From assembly GCF_988242995.1 (NCBI RefSeq), contig NZ_OZ547043.1: DNA of 64,000 bases; one strand, written 5' to 3'. This document shows, piece by piece, positions 41,024 to 52,837 of the stretch (its first letter is position 1; each line of letters starts with the position of its first letter). Position numbers and translations under genes: made by a program. Under the pieces are notes generated by a model. That model did no database searches, had not been told where the DNA came from, and saw only the letters and a program-made list of their open reading frames with translations.

Positions 41024-43615
41024 TCAGAACGACCAGACCACACCCGCCTGAGTATTCCACGGTGATTCTACCCCTGCGCCATTGCCATAACTGACTGACA
41101 AATGACCGCTTAACGTCGGGGTAAACGATGACCTTATCCCAGCCTGATAAACGCCACGGGTTCCAGCCACATCATTATTAAATTTGCCATCGTCATTAAC
41201 TTTCACCTGGTTAGAATCGGCGTATTCCTGACGCACGGCGGCTTTCAGCCAGGGTTCCAGCGTCGTACCGTTTTGCAGGTCCATGTGATAGCTTACCGCC
41301 GTTCCCGCTTCAGCGCGTAATATCCGGGTATTTCCCACATCCGCGCGCATGCCGTTTGATAACGTGTAGTCCTGACCATCTGTGGTAAAGCCGGTAAAGG
41401 CCAGATAGGGTCTAACACTCCACAATCCGTCAACCCAACGGAACCCGCTCTCAACATGAGCACCCGCGCCGTTACTATTGTAATCGCCAAACGCTGTTGC
41501 CCCATTACTCATCTTGCCATGGATGGTGTTGGCAAAACGGTCAACTTTCACCACCCCATCAACATAGGCACCGTTCTGATGCTCCCAACCGGCATAAGCC
41601 CCCAGGGTGTAGCTATCGACATTGCCTTTGCCGCCGCGATCAAAACCAATATCAGAATGAGAGTAACCAAAGAACAAGCCGCGAATTGTACTGCTTTCTT
41701 CACGGGAGAAACGGCTATCGATACCGAGCGTCAGCCCCGTCAATGTTTGCTCAAAGCCAGCTCCCGCATCAGTGGTCACGTTGTTGCGGGTGTTAATTGC
41801 CGAACTCCACATCGCCGTATCGTAATTAACGCCTTTTACGCTACCAAGACGCTCACGCACGGTGTCCAGTTCTGCATCAAATACCAGCGGTTGTGCTGCC
41901 GCCATATTCAGCATATCAGTGGTTGAAGGGGTAATTTGCGCGCGATTCTCTGCGAGGCTCCAGCTATGGTTGCCATTATCCAGCAAGGTATATTCATACG
42001 TACCGATATCAACAACGCCTCCGGCATTGCCCAACGTAAATGCAGCATCACCGCCGCCCGTTGTTACCAGTGTAAGGCTATCACCTGCTGCCGGGCTGGC
42101 ACCGGTGTCCGTAACGAATATTTTGAAATCACCTGTTGCCTGACCGGTGACGTTGAGCTGATCGCTCTGATGATTAGCCATATCGGTACGCATATAAAAA
42201 TTGCCGTTTCCCGATAGGGTATTGGTGGTCAACGTAGTGAAATTTTCCGCACTTGCCGTCACAGATGAACGAGTCACTGGCTCAGCCATCATAATCACAT
42301 TTGCGCCAGACATCGCAAGGTTGGCTAAGTTGAGGCGAGTGTTTTGGTTCGTCGTAGTGATATCGGCAATGATGGTCCATGCGCTATTTTCGAGCGAAAC
42401 ATCCGCTTTGCTGGTATCCACGGCTCCATGCGTTCTAAAAGAAGCGCCCTCAGAAACCACTACCTTACCCACCAACATAGCGGGTGCATAATTTATTTGC
42501 GGCTTCATGACCTCAAGAATGCCATCATTCCCTCTGACTGAAACGTTAACCATCGTGCCAGCCCAGACATTAGCGCGGCCATTGTTGATAACCATATTTT
42601 CAGAGATGGCTTTAGAGGAATACGTTATACTTCCATTCTGATCTGATCGACCGAGATCATATACCGCATTTGCCTGCACTCTCGTACCAGTATCCTTTCC
42701 CAGCGATTGCATAGTGGCATGCTCATCAAGGATAGTGTCAATGGCCTGCGTGTCCTCCATAACAATAAGCCCGGAACCATCATCCAGCTCATAATTTTTT
42801 GACACGCCATCTTTTATACTAAATTGGCCTTTACTGTTTGTACCACTCACTTCCAGCGCATTCGTTGAGACAATTAATTTTCCGCCTGCTTTTTTATCAA
42901 CGCCAGTTGCAGTCCCGCCATCCATAACCTCCAGTAAGCCGCCACTATCCACAGTGGTATTATAAGCGAAGTCATTTTCTTCAACTCGCAAACTTCCGCC
43001 GTTTTCCAACAGCATATTATTAGCAATACCATCCTTGATATCGAACTGACCGAGACGGTTTGTTCCGAATACCTCCATGGCCCGGGTGGTTGTTTTAATC
43101 GCACCGCCTGCTTTCTGATCTACCGCAAATGCTAATCCCCCCTCTTTAACCTCCAGTAATCCTCCCTTTTCGATAGCGGCAAAGACGGTAATCCCATCTT
43201 TTTCAATAATTAAGCGCCCGCCTTTAATGGTAGTATCATTCGCTGCGCCATAAACCTGTAGCACACCATTATTGAGGGTAGTCTGGTTTGCCGCGCCACC
43301 CATTTGAACAATTTGATAACCATCATTTAATACTGAGTATTCTGCGGTGCCATTCATTTCAATGTACTGATACCCGCCGTTAATTTCAGTATTACTACTT
43401 ATACCAAATTCTTTAATATGCTGTTCTCCGCCAGGATTGATTTTCGTATTATTGGCGGTCCCATAAACCAGCTGGATATCTTTTTCCAGGACAACACCAT
43501 CAACTGTCTCACCATACTCAACTGTTGATGCCAATGCTATGGGTGAATATAACGCTGTAGCCACCAGAACAGATATTGCGGAACGACAAAGAGAAACAGA
43601 ACCAGATTGATGCAT
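41024..43615 (-). CDS. yejO: Autotransporter adhesin YejO, apparently intact
   Basis: 863-aa ORF; N-terminal signal-like segment; repetitive passenger; C-terminus ...AGVVWSF typical of autotransporter beta-barrel. Confidence 0.8.
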   Translation of the reverse strand: MHQSGSVSLCRSAISVLVATALYSPIALASTVEYGETVDGVVLEKDIQLVYGTANNTKINPGGEQHIKEFGISSNTEINGGYQYIEMNGTAEYSVLNDGYQIVQMGGAANQTTLNNGVLQVYGAANDTTIKGGRLIIEKDGITVFAAIEKGGLLEVKEGGLAFAVDQKAGGAIKTTTRAMEVFGTNRLGQFDIKDGIANNMLLENGGSLRVEENDFAYNTTVDSGGLLEVMDGGTATGVDKKAGGKLIVSTNALEVSGTNSKGQFSIKDGVSKNYELDDGSGLIVMEDTQAIDTILDEHATMQSLGKDTGTRVQANAVYDLGRSDQNGSITYSSKAISENMVINNGRANVWAGTMVNVSVRGNDGILEVMKPQINYAPAMLVGKVVVSEGASFRTHGAVDTSKADVSLENSAWTIIADITTTNQNTRLNLANLAMSGANVIMMAEPVTRSSVTASAENFTTLTTNTLSGNGNFYMRTDMANHQSDQLNVTGQATGDFKIFVTDTGASPAAGDSLTLVTTGGGDAAFTLGNAGGVVDIGTYEYTLLDNGNHSWSLAENRAQITPSTTDMLNMAAAQPLVFDAELDTVRERLGSVKGVNYDTAMWSSAINTRNNVTTDAGAGFEQTLTGLTLGIDSRFSREESSTIRGLFFGYSHSDIGFDRGGKGNVDSYTLGAYAGWEHQNGAYVDGVVKVDRFANTIHGKMSNGATAFGDYNSNGAGAHVESGFRWVDGLWSVRPYLAFTGFTTDGQDYTLSNGMRADVGNTRILRAEAGTAVSYHMDLQNGTTLEPWLKAAVRQEYADSNQVKVNDDGKFNNDVAGTRGVYQAGIRSSFTPTLSGHLSVSYGNGAGVESPWNTQAGVVWSF

Positions 43616-43934
43616 TGAGCTTTCATCCTATGAAATTAATTGCTGTTAAAAGCATTGGGTAAAGAAAATACCCATAGCTCCATACCCGGAGTCAGTTTTT
43701 AAAAACTGTTTAAAGAAATGCACAAGTATTGTGATTGATTTTTTAGTTGTTTTTCTTGATGAGAAGCTGATGCAAAATTCCGTCTTTATAATGAAAATGA
43801 TGCCAAAGCGAACGACAAGGTTGTAGTTTTCACTACATGTCCATACATAAAATGGGGTAACATTCACGTGCCTGGTAGCGTTACCAACGCTACGCTCAAA
43901 CATAATGATTCTAATAAAACCTCAGGAGACTACT

Positions 43935-44582
43935 ATGCCTGAAGCAACGCCTTTTCAGGTGATGATTGTGGATGATCATCCACTTATGCGACGCGGTGTT
44001 CGTCAGTTACTGGAGCTTGATCCTGGCTTTGAAGTGGTCGCCGAAGCGGGCGACGGCGCGAGCGCGATCGATCTGGCGAATAGACTGGATATCGACGTGA
44101 TCTTGCTGGATCTCAATATGAAAGGTATGAGTGGCCTGGATACCCTCAATGCCTTGCGCAGGGATGGCGTTACCGCGCAAATTATTATCCTGACTGTATC
44201 AGATGCCTCCAGCGATGTCTTTGCGCTGATAGACGCAGGCGCAGACGGTTATCTGTTGAAAGATAGCGACCCGGAAGTGTTGCTGGAAGCGATTCGTGCC
44301 GGAGCGAAAGGCAGCAAAGTCTTTAGCGAACGCGTCAATCAGTACTTACGTGAACGTGAAATGTTTGGCGCGGAAGAAGATCCCTTCAGCGTGCTGACGG
44401 AGCGCGAGCTGGATGTTCTGCACGAGCTGGCACAGGGGCTGTCAAATAAACAGATTGCCTCGGTGTTGAATATTTCCGAGCAGACAGTAAAAGTACACAT
44501 TCGCAATCTGCTGCGTAAACTCAATGTCCGCTCACGCGTGGCGGCCACCATTCTGTTCCTGCAACAACGCGGGGCACAATAA
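43935..44582 (+). CDS. narP: Nitrate/nitrite response regulator NarP
   Basis: Internal Met MPEATPFQVMIVDDHPLMRRG gives the recalled 215-aa protein; receiver plus LuxR-type HTH. Confidence 0.9.
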   Translation: MPEATPFQVMIVDDHPLMRRGVRQLLELDPGFEVVAEAGDGASAIDLANRLDIDVILLDLNMKGMSGLDTLNALRRDGVTAQIIILTVSDASSDVFALIDAGADGYLLKDSDPEVLLEAIRAGAKGSKVFSERVNQYLREREMFGAEEDPFSVLTERELDVLHELAQGLSNKQIASVLNISEQTVKVHIRNLLRKLNVRSRVAATILFLQQRGAQ

Positions 44583-44616
44583 AAATAGCCCGATGGCATC
44601 ACCATCGGGCCTCTTT

Positions 44617-45669
44617 TTATTTACTCTCCTGCGGCGACAAATGTTGCATCGCCTGCGCGATACTACGTTCAATCACTGCACGGCGAGTATCGTTGGCAGG
44701 TAAGAGTTTCAACATCATCTCCCACGCGGCAACCGCTTCGCCAAATCGCTGCTGCTCAAAGGCATTAAACGCATACATGCTTAACACACGGATATTGCTA
44801 TGGTCCGTTCTCACCAACTGGCGTAGCAGTTCACCACCGAGGCGGTTGTCGTTGGGATCAGATGAACGTGTCAACGCTTCAGCGTATCCGAGCGCCGCAT
44901 CACTGTTCTTCGGATCGAGGCGATATGCAGTAGCGTATGCATCGGTGGCAATACTGGCGTTACCCAGCGCCATGCCAACGCGGCCCAACATAATCCAGCC
45001 TTCTATATCTCCCGGATTTTTTTGCAGTTGAGTACGCATCCCCAGCGCCAGGCGCGACATCTCTTCTTCGTTGAGCGGATCGGCTTTCGGATCCAGCGCC
45101 CTGTCCAGTAACGCCGGAGCCTGTGCCGTGGCCTGCTGCCAGATTTTCACCTGCTGATAATTGCCCGTCTGGTAGTAGCTGACGCCAGCCACAATTAACG
45201 CCACCACAATACCCGGCAGATAAACAATATATCCGGCACGCTTACCTTCCGGCACGCTTTGTTCAGGAAACGCGTCCGGCACCACGCGTACCCGACGCCG
45301 CGAGCGGGCGTATATGACCCAACCGCCAATGCCAATAGCCACTACCGGAAGCACCCACAGCAGCATGGTCAGCGGCGTTAACGGCGGATCGTAAGTGACG
45401 AAGTTGCCGTAACGCGCCACCATATAATCGACAATCTCTTTTTTACTTTTACCTTCCTGCATCAGTTCATACACTTTCTGGCGCAGGTCGGTGGCAATCA
45501 TCGAGTTGGAATCGGCAATGCTGTTGTTCTGGCATTTCGGGCAGCGTAGTTCTTCAGTGAGTTGCCGGAACTGCTGCTCCTGCGCTTCATCCTTAAACTG
45601 CAACACGTCGATGGTCGCCAGCGCTGAGCCGGAGATCATCAGCATCAGCACGCCCAATAAAAACCTCAT
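44617..45669 (-). CDS. ccmH: Cytochrome c-type biogenesis protein CcmH
   Basis: 350-aa ORF with LRCPKCQN motif and TPR-like C-terminus; synteny. Confidence 0.9.
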   Translation of the reverse strand: MRFLLGVLMLMISGSALATIDVLQFKDEAQEQQFRQLTEELRCPKCQNNSIADSNSMIATDLRQKVYELMQEGKSKKEIVDYMVARYGNFVTYDPPLTPLTMLLWVLPVVAIGIGGWVIYARSRRRVRVVPDAFPEQSVPEGKRAGYIVYLPGIVVALIVAGVSYYQTGNYQQVKIWQQATAQAPALLDRALDPKADPLNEEEMSRLALGMRTQLQKNPGDIEGWIMLGRVGMALGNASIATDAYATAYRLDPKNSDAALGYAEALTRSSDPNDNRLGGELLRQLVRTDHSNIRVLSMYAFNAFEQQRFGEAVAAWEMMLKLLPANDTRRAVIERSIAQAMQHLSPQESK

Positions 45670-46223
45670 TGTGCGGCCTCCTTACTGTATTTCTCCCACA
45701 GCGGCTTGATCTCTTCTTCCCAGACGCGAGGATTGAGATCGCCCGCATGGCGATAGCGAATGATGCCGTTGCCGTCGATGAGGAACGTTTCTGGCGCGCC
45801 ATAGACACCGAGATCCAGTCCTAACATGCCGTCGCCATCAAACAGGCTTAGTGCGTAAGGATTGCCCAGCTCTTTCAGCCAGCTGATTGCCTTCTGGCGA
45901 TCGTCTTTATAGTTCATGCCGACCACGCGGATGCCCTGCGCAGAAAGCTGATTCAGATATTGATGTTCCGCACGGCAGGTCGGACACCAGGTCGCCCAGA
46001 CGTTAAGCAGCACTGGTTTGCCCTGAGTCAGCACATCCGCCTGATAAAACTGCCCCGGATTGTCCAGTGATTCGAGGCGAAACTTCGGCACCGGCTTGCC
46101 AATGAGCGCCGATTCCAGATTGGTCGGATCATCCCCTTCGGCATTACGCGCCAGCTGCCACAGTAGCGCCGCGGCAATCGCCAGGAAGATAATCAACGGA
46201 ATTAACAATACTTTGCGCTTCAT
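45666..46223 (-). CDS. ccmG: Thiol:disulfide interchange protein CcmG (DsbE)
   Basis: 185-aa ORF with WCPTC motif. Confidence 0.9.
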   Translation of the reverse strand: MKRKVLLIPLIIFLAIAAALLWQLARNAEGDDPTNLESALIGKPVPKFRLESLDNPGQFYQADVLTQGKPVLLNVWATWCPTCRAEHQYLNQLSAQGIRVVGMNYKDDRQKAISWLKELGNPYALSLFDGDGMLGLDLGVYGAPETFLIDGNGIIRYRHAGDLNPRVWEEEIKPLWEKYSKEAAQ

Positions 46224-48163
46224 ACAGCCTCCGGCGCAGTTTTTTGCGGACTCACGCGCTTACGATAGCGAGGATCAAACAGACACAGCAGTCCGCCCAA
46301 CGCCATCATCAGCCCGCCCGCCCAAATCCAGCGAACAAACGGTTTGTAGTAAAGACGCACAGCCCACGCGCCGTTTTCCAGCTCTTCACCGAGCGCGGCG
46401 TACAGGTCACGCGTGATGCCACCGTCAATCGCCGCTTCGGTCATCATCGACCCGGCAGTGTTGTAATAACGTTTTTCCGCATACAGCACTGTTTCCGGCT
46501 TGCCATCGCGCGTTACGCCGATAGTCGCCACACCGCCACGCCAGTTCGGACCAGTCACCTCTTTGACATCACGGAAAGTGAAGCGATATTCATGAATATC
46601 GACGCTATCGCCGGACTTCATGCGCACATCACGCTCAACGCTATAGTTCTGACTAAAAGCAATGCCAACAATTGTCACTGCCAGCCCCAGGTGAGCCGCC
46701 ACCATTCCCCAATAACTGAAGGTGGTTTTCGTACCGCGTGAAATACGCAGCGCAGCTTCCGCAATTGCCAGCACCGCAATCCAGCAGGCCATTGCCAGGC
46801 CGAGCACCGTCATCGCCACAACTTTGCTTTCGAACAGCCACGGCAACAGCAGAGACAGCACCAGCGTAGAGATAAAGGCGAAAATCAATAAATTGCGGAT
46901 CTTACGTGGGCGATCGCGCCCCCAGCGCACCAGAGGACCGACACCAAGCAGTAGCGCAAACGGCACCATCAGCCAGGTAAACATGGTGTTGAAGAACGGT
47001 TCGCCAATCGAAATACTGCCCAGTCCCAGTTGCTTGTGCACCAGCGGCAGCAACGTCCCCAGCAACACCACCAGCATCGCGGCGACCAGCAAAACGTTGT
47101 TCGCTAACAGCAAAGATTCCCGCGACCACAGTGCATTGTTTACGCGTGAGCGAACTTTGTGTCCACGCGCGGCAAAAAGCAGCAGCGAACCGCCAATCAC
47201 CAGCACCATAAAGGCGAGGATAAACATACCGCGTGCCGGATCAGACGCAAACGCGTGTACCGATACCAGTACGCCGGAACGCACCAGGAAAGTCCCCAGC
47301 AGACACAACGAGAAGGCACTGATTGCCAGCAGTAATGTCCACGCTTTGAAGCTGGCGCGTTGTTCAGTGACCGCCAGTGAGTGCATCAGCGCAGTCCCCA
47401 CCAGCCACGGCATAAACGAGGCGTTTTCTACCGGATCCCAGAACCACCAGCCACCCCAGCCGAGTTCGTAATAGGCCCATGCGGAACCAAGCACAATGCC
47501 GAGCGTCAGGAAAATCCACGCTGCCAGCGTCCACGGACGAGTAAAACGCGCATAAGTGCTGTCCAGACGCCCACTCAACAAAGAAGCAATGGCGAAAGCA
47601 AACGCCACCGAGAAACCGACGTACCCCATATAGAGCAGAGGCGGATGGAAGATCAGCCCCGGATCCTGCAACAGCGGGTTAAGATCGCGCCCTTCAATCG
47701 GGAAATTCGGCAGCGTGCGTGAGAATGGGTTAGAGGTAAATAGAATGAACAGCAAAAAGCCGACACTGACCATCCCCATTATCGCCAGTACGCGGGCCAC
47801 AATATCCAGCGGAATACGCTGACTAAAAATCGCCACCGCAAAGGTCCAGCCGCTCATCAGCAGCACCCACAGCAGCAGTGAGCCTTCATGTGCGCCCCAG
47901 GTAGCCGCCACGCGATACCACACCGGAAGCTGGGTATTGGAGTTGCTGGCAACATAGGTGACGGTAAAGTCGTTGACCACGAAGGCATTGACCAGTACCA
48001 GAAATGCGCCAGCCACAGACATAAACAGCAGCCAGGCAAACAAGCGGGAAGACGCCATCATGCGCGCATCTCCGCGCGCTACGCCCCATAGCGGATACAC
48101 GGACAGCAGCAGCGCAATTCCTAGCGCCAGGCACAGCAGCCCGTTACCAATTTCCGGCATCAT
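46220..48163 (-). CDS. ccmF: Cytochrome c heme lyase subunit CcmF
   Basis: 647-aa polytopic ORF; synteny. Confidence 0.9.
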   Translation of the reverse strand: MMPEIGNGLLCLALGIALLLSVYPLWGVARGDARMMASSRLFAWLLFMSVAGAFLVLVNAFVVNDFTVTYVASNSNTQLPVWYRVAATWGAHEGSLLLWVLLMSGWTFAVAIFSQRIPLDIVARVLAIMGMVSVGFLLFILFTSNPFSRTLPNFPIEGRDLNPLLQDPGLIFHPPLLYMGYVGFSVAFAFAIASLLSGRLDSTYARFTRPWTLAAWIFLTLGIVLGSAWAYYELGWGGWWFWDPVENASFMPWLVGTALMHSLAVTEQRASFKAWTLLLAISAFSLCLLGTFLVRSGVLVSVHAFASDPARGMFILAFMVLVIGGSLLLFAARGHKVRSRVNNALWSRESLLLANNVLLVAAMLVVLLGTLLPLVHKQLGLGSISIGEPFFNTMFTWLMVPFALLLGVGPLVRWGRDRPRKIRNLLIFAFISTLVLSLLLPWLFESKVVAMTVLGLAMACWIAVLAIAEAALRISRGTKTTFSYWGMVAAHLGLAVTIVGIAFSQNYSVERDVRMKSGDSVDIHEYRFTFRDVKEVTGPNWRGGVATIGVTRDGKPETVLYAEKRYYNTAGSMMTEAAIDGGITRDLYAALGEELENGAWAVRLYYKPFVRWIWAGGLMMALGGLLCLFDPRYRKRVSPQKTAPEAV

Positions 48164-48639
48164 GATGCTGGGTCCTTATAAACACTCGCCGGGCGACGGT
48201 GGTTAGCTTCCATCGCTTTCTCAACTTCTGGCGGCGTGTAGTTTTCATCATGTTTCGCCAGCACTTCTTTCGCGAGGATAAGATTGCCTTTTTCCAGCTC
48301 GCCCTGCACCACAACGCCCTGCCCTTCACGGAACAGATCCGGCAAAATGCCTTCGTAAGAAACATCCACTGAGCCTTCAGCATCGTAAATGGTGAAGGTC
48401 ACTTTCAGCGAATTGGGATCGCGCTGCACGCTACCCGGCATCACCATCCCGCCAACGCGCAGACGCTGACCGACTTCCGGCATCTGCTGAGTTTCACGCT
48501 TGCCGTAGAGAATTTCCCCCGGCGTATAAAAGAGATCGATATTCGAGCGCAGCGCATACAGCACCAGACCGATGGTCAGCGCCAAACCTGCCAACACAGC
48601 ACAGGCAATCCACAAGCGGTTTTTACGGCGAATATTCAT
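48160..48639 (-). CDS. ccmE: Heme chaperone CcmE
   Basis: 159-aa ORF; synteny. Confidence 0.9.
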   Translation of the reverse strand: MNIRRKNRLWIACAVLAGLALTIGLVLYALRSNIDLFYTPGEILYGKRETQQMPEVGQRLRVGGMVMPGSVQRDPNSLKVTFTIYDAEGSVDVSYEGILPDLFREGQGVVVQGELEKGNLILAKEVLAKHDENYTPPEVEKAMEANHRRPASVYKDPAS

Positions 48640-48845
48640 GCAGCCTCCTGCTGTTGCGCAGCACGTAAACGCGCCTCACGCGCCCGCTGTTGCGCCACAC
48701 CACGCAGAATTGCGCGATGCTGCATCACCGAGTGCACGACCAAAACCACCAGCGGAATAACGGTCATCACCACCGCCAGCCAGACAAAAAAGGCGTAACC
48801 GCCCATTGCGAAAAATTCATTCCAGGAAGCAAATGCAGGGGTCAT
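48636..48845 (-). CDS. ccmD: Heme exporter protein CcmD
   Basis: 69-aa ORF; synteny. Confidence 0.85.
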   Translation of the reverse strand: MTPAFASWNEFFAMGGYAFFVWLAVVMTVIPLVVLVVHSVMQHRAILRGVAQQRAREARLRAAQQQEAA

Positions 48846-49579
48846 TTACGGCCTCTTTTCAGTATCAGTTCACTCACCCACGGACGGCGTTTTTCCATCA
48901 GCAAAATTAAATTACGCATCCGCATCAGCGTCAGCGTGGCAGACAGCAGCAAGAAGCCAAAAATCGACCAGCGCAGCGGCGAACGCATCGCCGGATCGAT
49001 ACTTTGCTGCATTCGCGTTGATCCCTGATGCAGGGTGTTCCACCACTCCACGGAGTAATGAATAATCGGCAGATTCACCACGCCAATCAGCACCAGGATA
49101 CCTGCCGCACGGCCCGCCAGACGGCGGTCGTCGAAGGCGTGCCACAGGGCAATTACACCAACATACAGAAACAGCAGCACCAGTTCAGAAGTCAGGCGTG
49201 CGTCCCATACCCACCAAGTGCCCCACATCGGTTTTCCCCATGCAGAGCCGGTAACCAGGGCAATAAAGGTAAACACGGCACCAATGGGGGCCATCGCCGC
49301 CACCGCCAGGTTGGCCATTTTCATCTGCCAGACAAGGCCAATAAACGCCGCCACCGCCATTGATGCATAAATGCCCATCGACCAGATCGCCGCAGGCACA
49401 TGCAGGTAGATAATGCGGTAGCTATTTCCCTGCTGATAATCAGCCGGAGCAAAGCCGAATCCCCAGATCCAGCCAACGGTAAGCACGACCACACTGGCAA
49501 TTGCCAGCCACGGTATAAACCAGCCACAGATTTGATACAGCCGTGGTGGGATCGCCAGTTGATGCAGTGTTTTCCACAT
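48842..49579 (-). CDS. ccmC: Heme exporter protein CcmC
   Basis: Internal Met MWKTLHQLAIPPRLYQ gives the recalled 245-aa protein. Confidence 0.85.
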   Translation of the reverse strand: MWKTLHQLAIPPRLYQICGWFIPWLAIASVVVLTVGWIWGFGFAPADYQQGNSYRIIYLHVPAAIWSMGIYASMAVAAFIGLVWQMKMANLAVAAMAPIGAVFTFIALVTGSAWGKPMWGTWWVWDARLTSELVLLFLYVGVIALWHAFDDRRLAGRAAGILVLIGVVNLPIIHYSVEWWNTLHQGSTRMQQSIDPAMRSPLRWSIFGFLLLSATLTLMRMRNLILLMEKRRPWVSELILKRGRK

Positions 49580-49620
49580 AGTTTCGATACCAGACTCGAA
49601 CAAAAATCAGTAATCCAGCG

Positions 49621-50283
49621 TTATTGAATGCTGATTCGTAACGCTGCCGCCGTCGCAAAAGGACTTAATGTCGCGGTGCCTGCCAGCAACGCGCCTAAAA
49701 TTGCCAGATACCCGTCAACGGGCAAATGCATGGAAGCCGCGTCCATCGCGGCGGTGGCAAAGATGAGTAATGGGATAGTCAGCGGTAACACCAGTATGCT
49801 GAGCAGCACACCACCGCGCTTAAGTCCCACTGTCAGCGCCACGCCCGGTGCACCGAGAAAGCCAAGCGTAGGCGTTCCCAGCAGCAGCGTCAGCGCCATC
49901 ACTTGCCAGCCATAAACATCCATTCCCAGTAGCATTGCTACCAGTGGCGAAAGGATGAGTAACGGCAGACCGGTTACCATCCAGTGCGCCATCACCTTCG
50001 CCAGCACAACGGCGGGCAAGGGTAACGGCAACAACATCAATTGTTCAAGACTGCCGTCCTGCAAATCGTCACGGAACAGTCGTTCCAGCGCCAGCAAGGA
50101 TGAAAGCAGCGCAGCAACCCAGATAATGCCCGGTGCAATACGCGCCAGCAGTTGCGGCTCCGGACCGATACTGAGCGGAAAAAGGGTAATGACAATCAGG
50201 AAGAACCACAGCGGGTTGGCGATTTCGGCACTATGGCGAAACGCTACGCGCAGCTCAAGACGGAAAATGCGCCAGAACATCAT
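49621..50283 (-). CDS. ccmB: Heme exporter permease CcmB
   Basis: 220-aa ORF; synteny. Confidence 0.9.
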
Positions 50284-50903
50284 GCGGCCCTCGTTTGCGT
50301 CAGTGAAATGCGGCGAATTTTACTTTCAGCAACGTTGAGCGGCTGGTGGGTAGTCAGAATCACAATCCCCCCCTGCTCCGTATGCTGCGCCATACGCTGG
50401 GTCAGACGATCGACGCCGTTAACGTCAATCGCGGTAAAAGGCTCGTCGAGGATCCATAACGTGGCACGGGTCAGCCACAGACGCGCTAAAGCGACGCGGC
50501 GTTGTTGCCCGGCAGAAAGTTGATTTACCGGAATATCTTCGAATCCGGCAAGCCCGGCCTGCGCCAGGGCTTCCAGACATTGTGCGGTATCGCCATCGCG
50601 ATGATAAAAGTGCAGATTTTCTAACGCCGTCAGCCGGGTTTTGATCCCCGGCTGATGGCCTATCCATAACAGGTTTTGATGGTAGCTGTCGCGTACCTGA
50701 TGCAAGGGCTGCCCTTGCCAGAGAACGTCTCCCGCATCAGGGCGAGACAACCCCGTCAGCAAACGGAGAAGCGTTGTCTTCCCCGCGCCGTTGCTACCGG
50801 TGATTTGTACCCACTCTCCTGCGTTCAGCGTAAATGACAAGCCACTAAATAAGGTTCGTTCATCCCGCTCGCAAAGTAACTCTCTGGCTTCAAGCATACC
50901 CAC
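50280..50903 (-). CDS. ccmA: Heme exporter ATP-binding protein CcmA
   Basis: 207-aa ORF with Walker [10 protein letters not shown]. Confidence 0.9.
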   Translation of the reverse strand: MGMLEARELLCERDERTLFSGLSFTLNAGEWVQITGSNGAGKTTLLRLLTGLSRPDAGDVLWQGQPLHQVRDSYHQNLLWIGHQPGIKTRLTALENLHFYHRDGDTAQCLEALAQAGLAGFEDIPVNQLSAGQQRRVALARLWLTRATLWILDEPFTAIDVNGVDRLTQRMAQHTEQGGIVILTTHQPLNVAESKIRRISLTQTRAA

Positions 50904-50915
50904 GCAATAACCCTG

Positions 50916-51518
50916 TTAAAAACCTGGCTCGACTTCGCGCATATCGGGCAGCTTGTGCGCTATCCCTTTATGGCAATCAATACAGGTTTGCCCATCTTTC
51001 ACCGCCTGGTCATGCATCTTCGCGGCAACCGATTTCTGGGCGGTTGTATCCATATACTCGAAGTTGTGACAGTTACGGCACTCCTGCGAGTTATTGTCCT
51101 TCATGCGCCGCCACTCATTCTGTGCCATCGTCAGGCGATGAGCTTCAAATTTCTGCGGCGTGTCAATAACGCCAAAAATTTTACCATACAGCTCTTTACT
51201 TGCTTTGAGCTTGCGTATCATCTTCGGCACAAACTCGTGCGGAACGTGACAATCCGGACAGGTCGCACGGACGCCGCTACGGTTGTTGTAGTGCACGGAA
51301 TCCATGTATTCCTGATACACCGTGTTACGCATTTCGTGGCAGCTAATGCAGAACTCTTCGGTATTGGCTTTTTCCATCCCGGTGTTAAAGCCGCCCCAGA
51401 AGACGATGCCGCCAACAAAGCCGATCAACAGCAGCGTCCCCAGCGCCAGACGGCTGGGGGTACGCCACCATTTCCACAGGCGCTTAATCAGACCAGGCTT
51501 ACGGTCAGAATTTCCCAT
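50916..51518 (-). CDS. napC: Tetraheme cytochrome c NapC
   Basis: 200-aa ORF with four CxxCH motifs. Confidence 0.9.
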   Translation of the reverse strand: MGNSDRKPGLIKRLWKWWRTPSRLALGTLLLIGFVGGIVFWGGFNTGMEKANTEEFCISCHEMRNTVYQEYMDSVHYNNRSGVRATCPDCHVPHEFVPKMIRKLKASKELYGKIFGVIDTPQKFEAHRLTMAQNEWRRMKDNNSQECRNCHNFEYMDTTAQKSVAAKMHDQAVKDGQTCIDCHKGIAHKLPDMREVEPGF

Positions 51519-51527
51519 AATAACCTC

Positions 51528-51977
51528 TTATTTCCCGTAACCTTTTGACGGGGTAAAGGTATTCCCCACGATTGGCGCGGTATCAGCCTGCGGCACGTGA
51601 CATTGCAGACAGAAGTAACGACGTGGAGCCACTTCCGCGCCCACTTTGCCGTCGCTGTCCATAAAGTGAGTAGGACTGATGCGCGGCGCGCCAGTGGTGC
51701 GATAGCTTTCGACACCGTGGCACTGCAAGCAGCGGTTGGTATTGGTCGTTACCTGATAACCTTCAACGCTATGCGGGATCATTGGCGGCTGATTCACATA
51801 GTTCAGCGGCATCCGATCCTGCTCTTTTGGCATCCGAATGGCCCCTTCCTGCGTCCCGGATACTTCCGGCGACTGGCTAAAATCGACGCCATTAGCCGCC
51901 CAAACCGCGCCGCTCACCACCAGGGCCAGCATCGCCGTCCATTGACACAGCGCTTTCTTCAGGTCATGGCTTTTCAT
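51528..51977 (-). CDS. napB: Diheme cytochrome c NapB
   Basis: Internal Met [13 protein letters not shown] gives the recalled 149-aa protein; two CxxCH motifs. Confidence 0.85.
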   Translation of the reverse strand: MKSHDLKKALCQWTAMLALVVSGAVWAANGVDFSQSPEVSGTQEGAIRMPKEQDRMPLNYVNQPPMIPHSVEGYQVTTNTNRCLQCHGVESYRTTGAPRISPTHFMDSDGKVGAEVAPRRYFCLQCHVPQADTAPIVGNTFTPSKGYGK

Positions 51978-52837
51978 GATTTCGCTCCCGAACTCCATCG
52001 TGTAGTTATTGTAAATACATCCTCAGAACAGACATCCACGCAGCGACCGCACGTCATGCAATCGCGGCTGGTGACCTGCACCGGGCTTTGTTCATCCAGC
52101 ACCGGGGCACGTAGCACATGCGGTTCCGGGCAAACATGAAAACAATCCATACAGCGGTTACATTTCTGCCGATCGGTGGCCGCAACGGTAATGACACCTT
52201 TGCTACCCAGCACGCCATACAGCGCGCCAACCGGACAAATGTGCCCGCACCAGCCGTGTTCAACGACCAGTAGATCAAATAAAAACAGCGCGAGAATAAG
52301 CAGCGCGCCGCTGCCGAATCCCATTACCAGACTGCGCCCCATCAGGGAAACGGGGTTGATCCATTCCCAGATGAGCGTGCCGGTTAAGGCCGATCCCAGC
52401 AGAATGACCACCAACAGCACGTAGCGAATGTGGCGAGGGATCGTCGCAGACTGATTGAGATCAAAGCGCCTGCGTAACCAGTTTGCTAAGTCGGTAATCG
52501 GGTTCAGCGGGCAGACCCAGCTGCAAAATAATCGCTTTCCTGCCAGGGCGTAGAGCACGGTGATAATCACCGCACCGGTCAACGCCACCATGGCAGGCAG
52601 ATGACCGCTGGCAAGACTTTGCAGCGTCATCAGCGGATCGGTCAGCGGAACGGTGTCGAATAACAGGCTACTGCTGTAGTTGCCGTGCAAAATCCACACA
52701 CCAAACCACGGACCGCTCAAAAACATCCCCAGCACGAAGAACTGACAAAGGCGACGTAACACCAGCCAACGGTGACTGCGCCACCAGCCTTTTTTCTCCA
52801 GCGCCTCGCGCCCGGCGTCACGTTTACGATTTGCCAT
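51974..52837 (-). CDS. napH: Ferredoxin-type membrane protein NapH
   Basis: 287-aa ORF; Cys clusters; synteny. Confidence 0.9.

Noticed and set aside
41024-43615. IS5 or other insertion sequence in or near yejO, as in K-12
   Set aside because: No transposase ORF or terminal inverted repeats were found; the ORF is continuous
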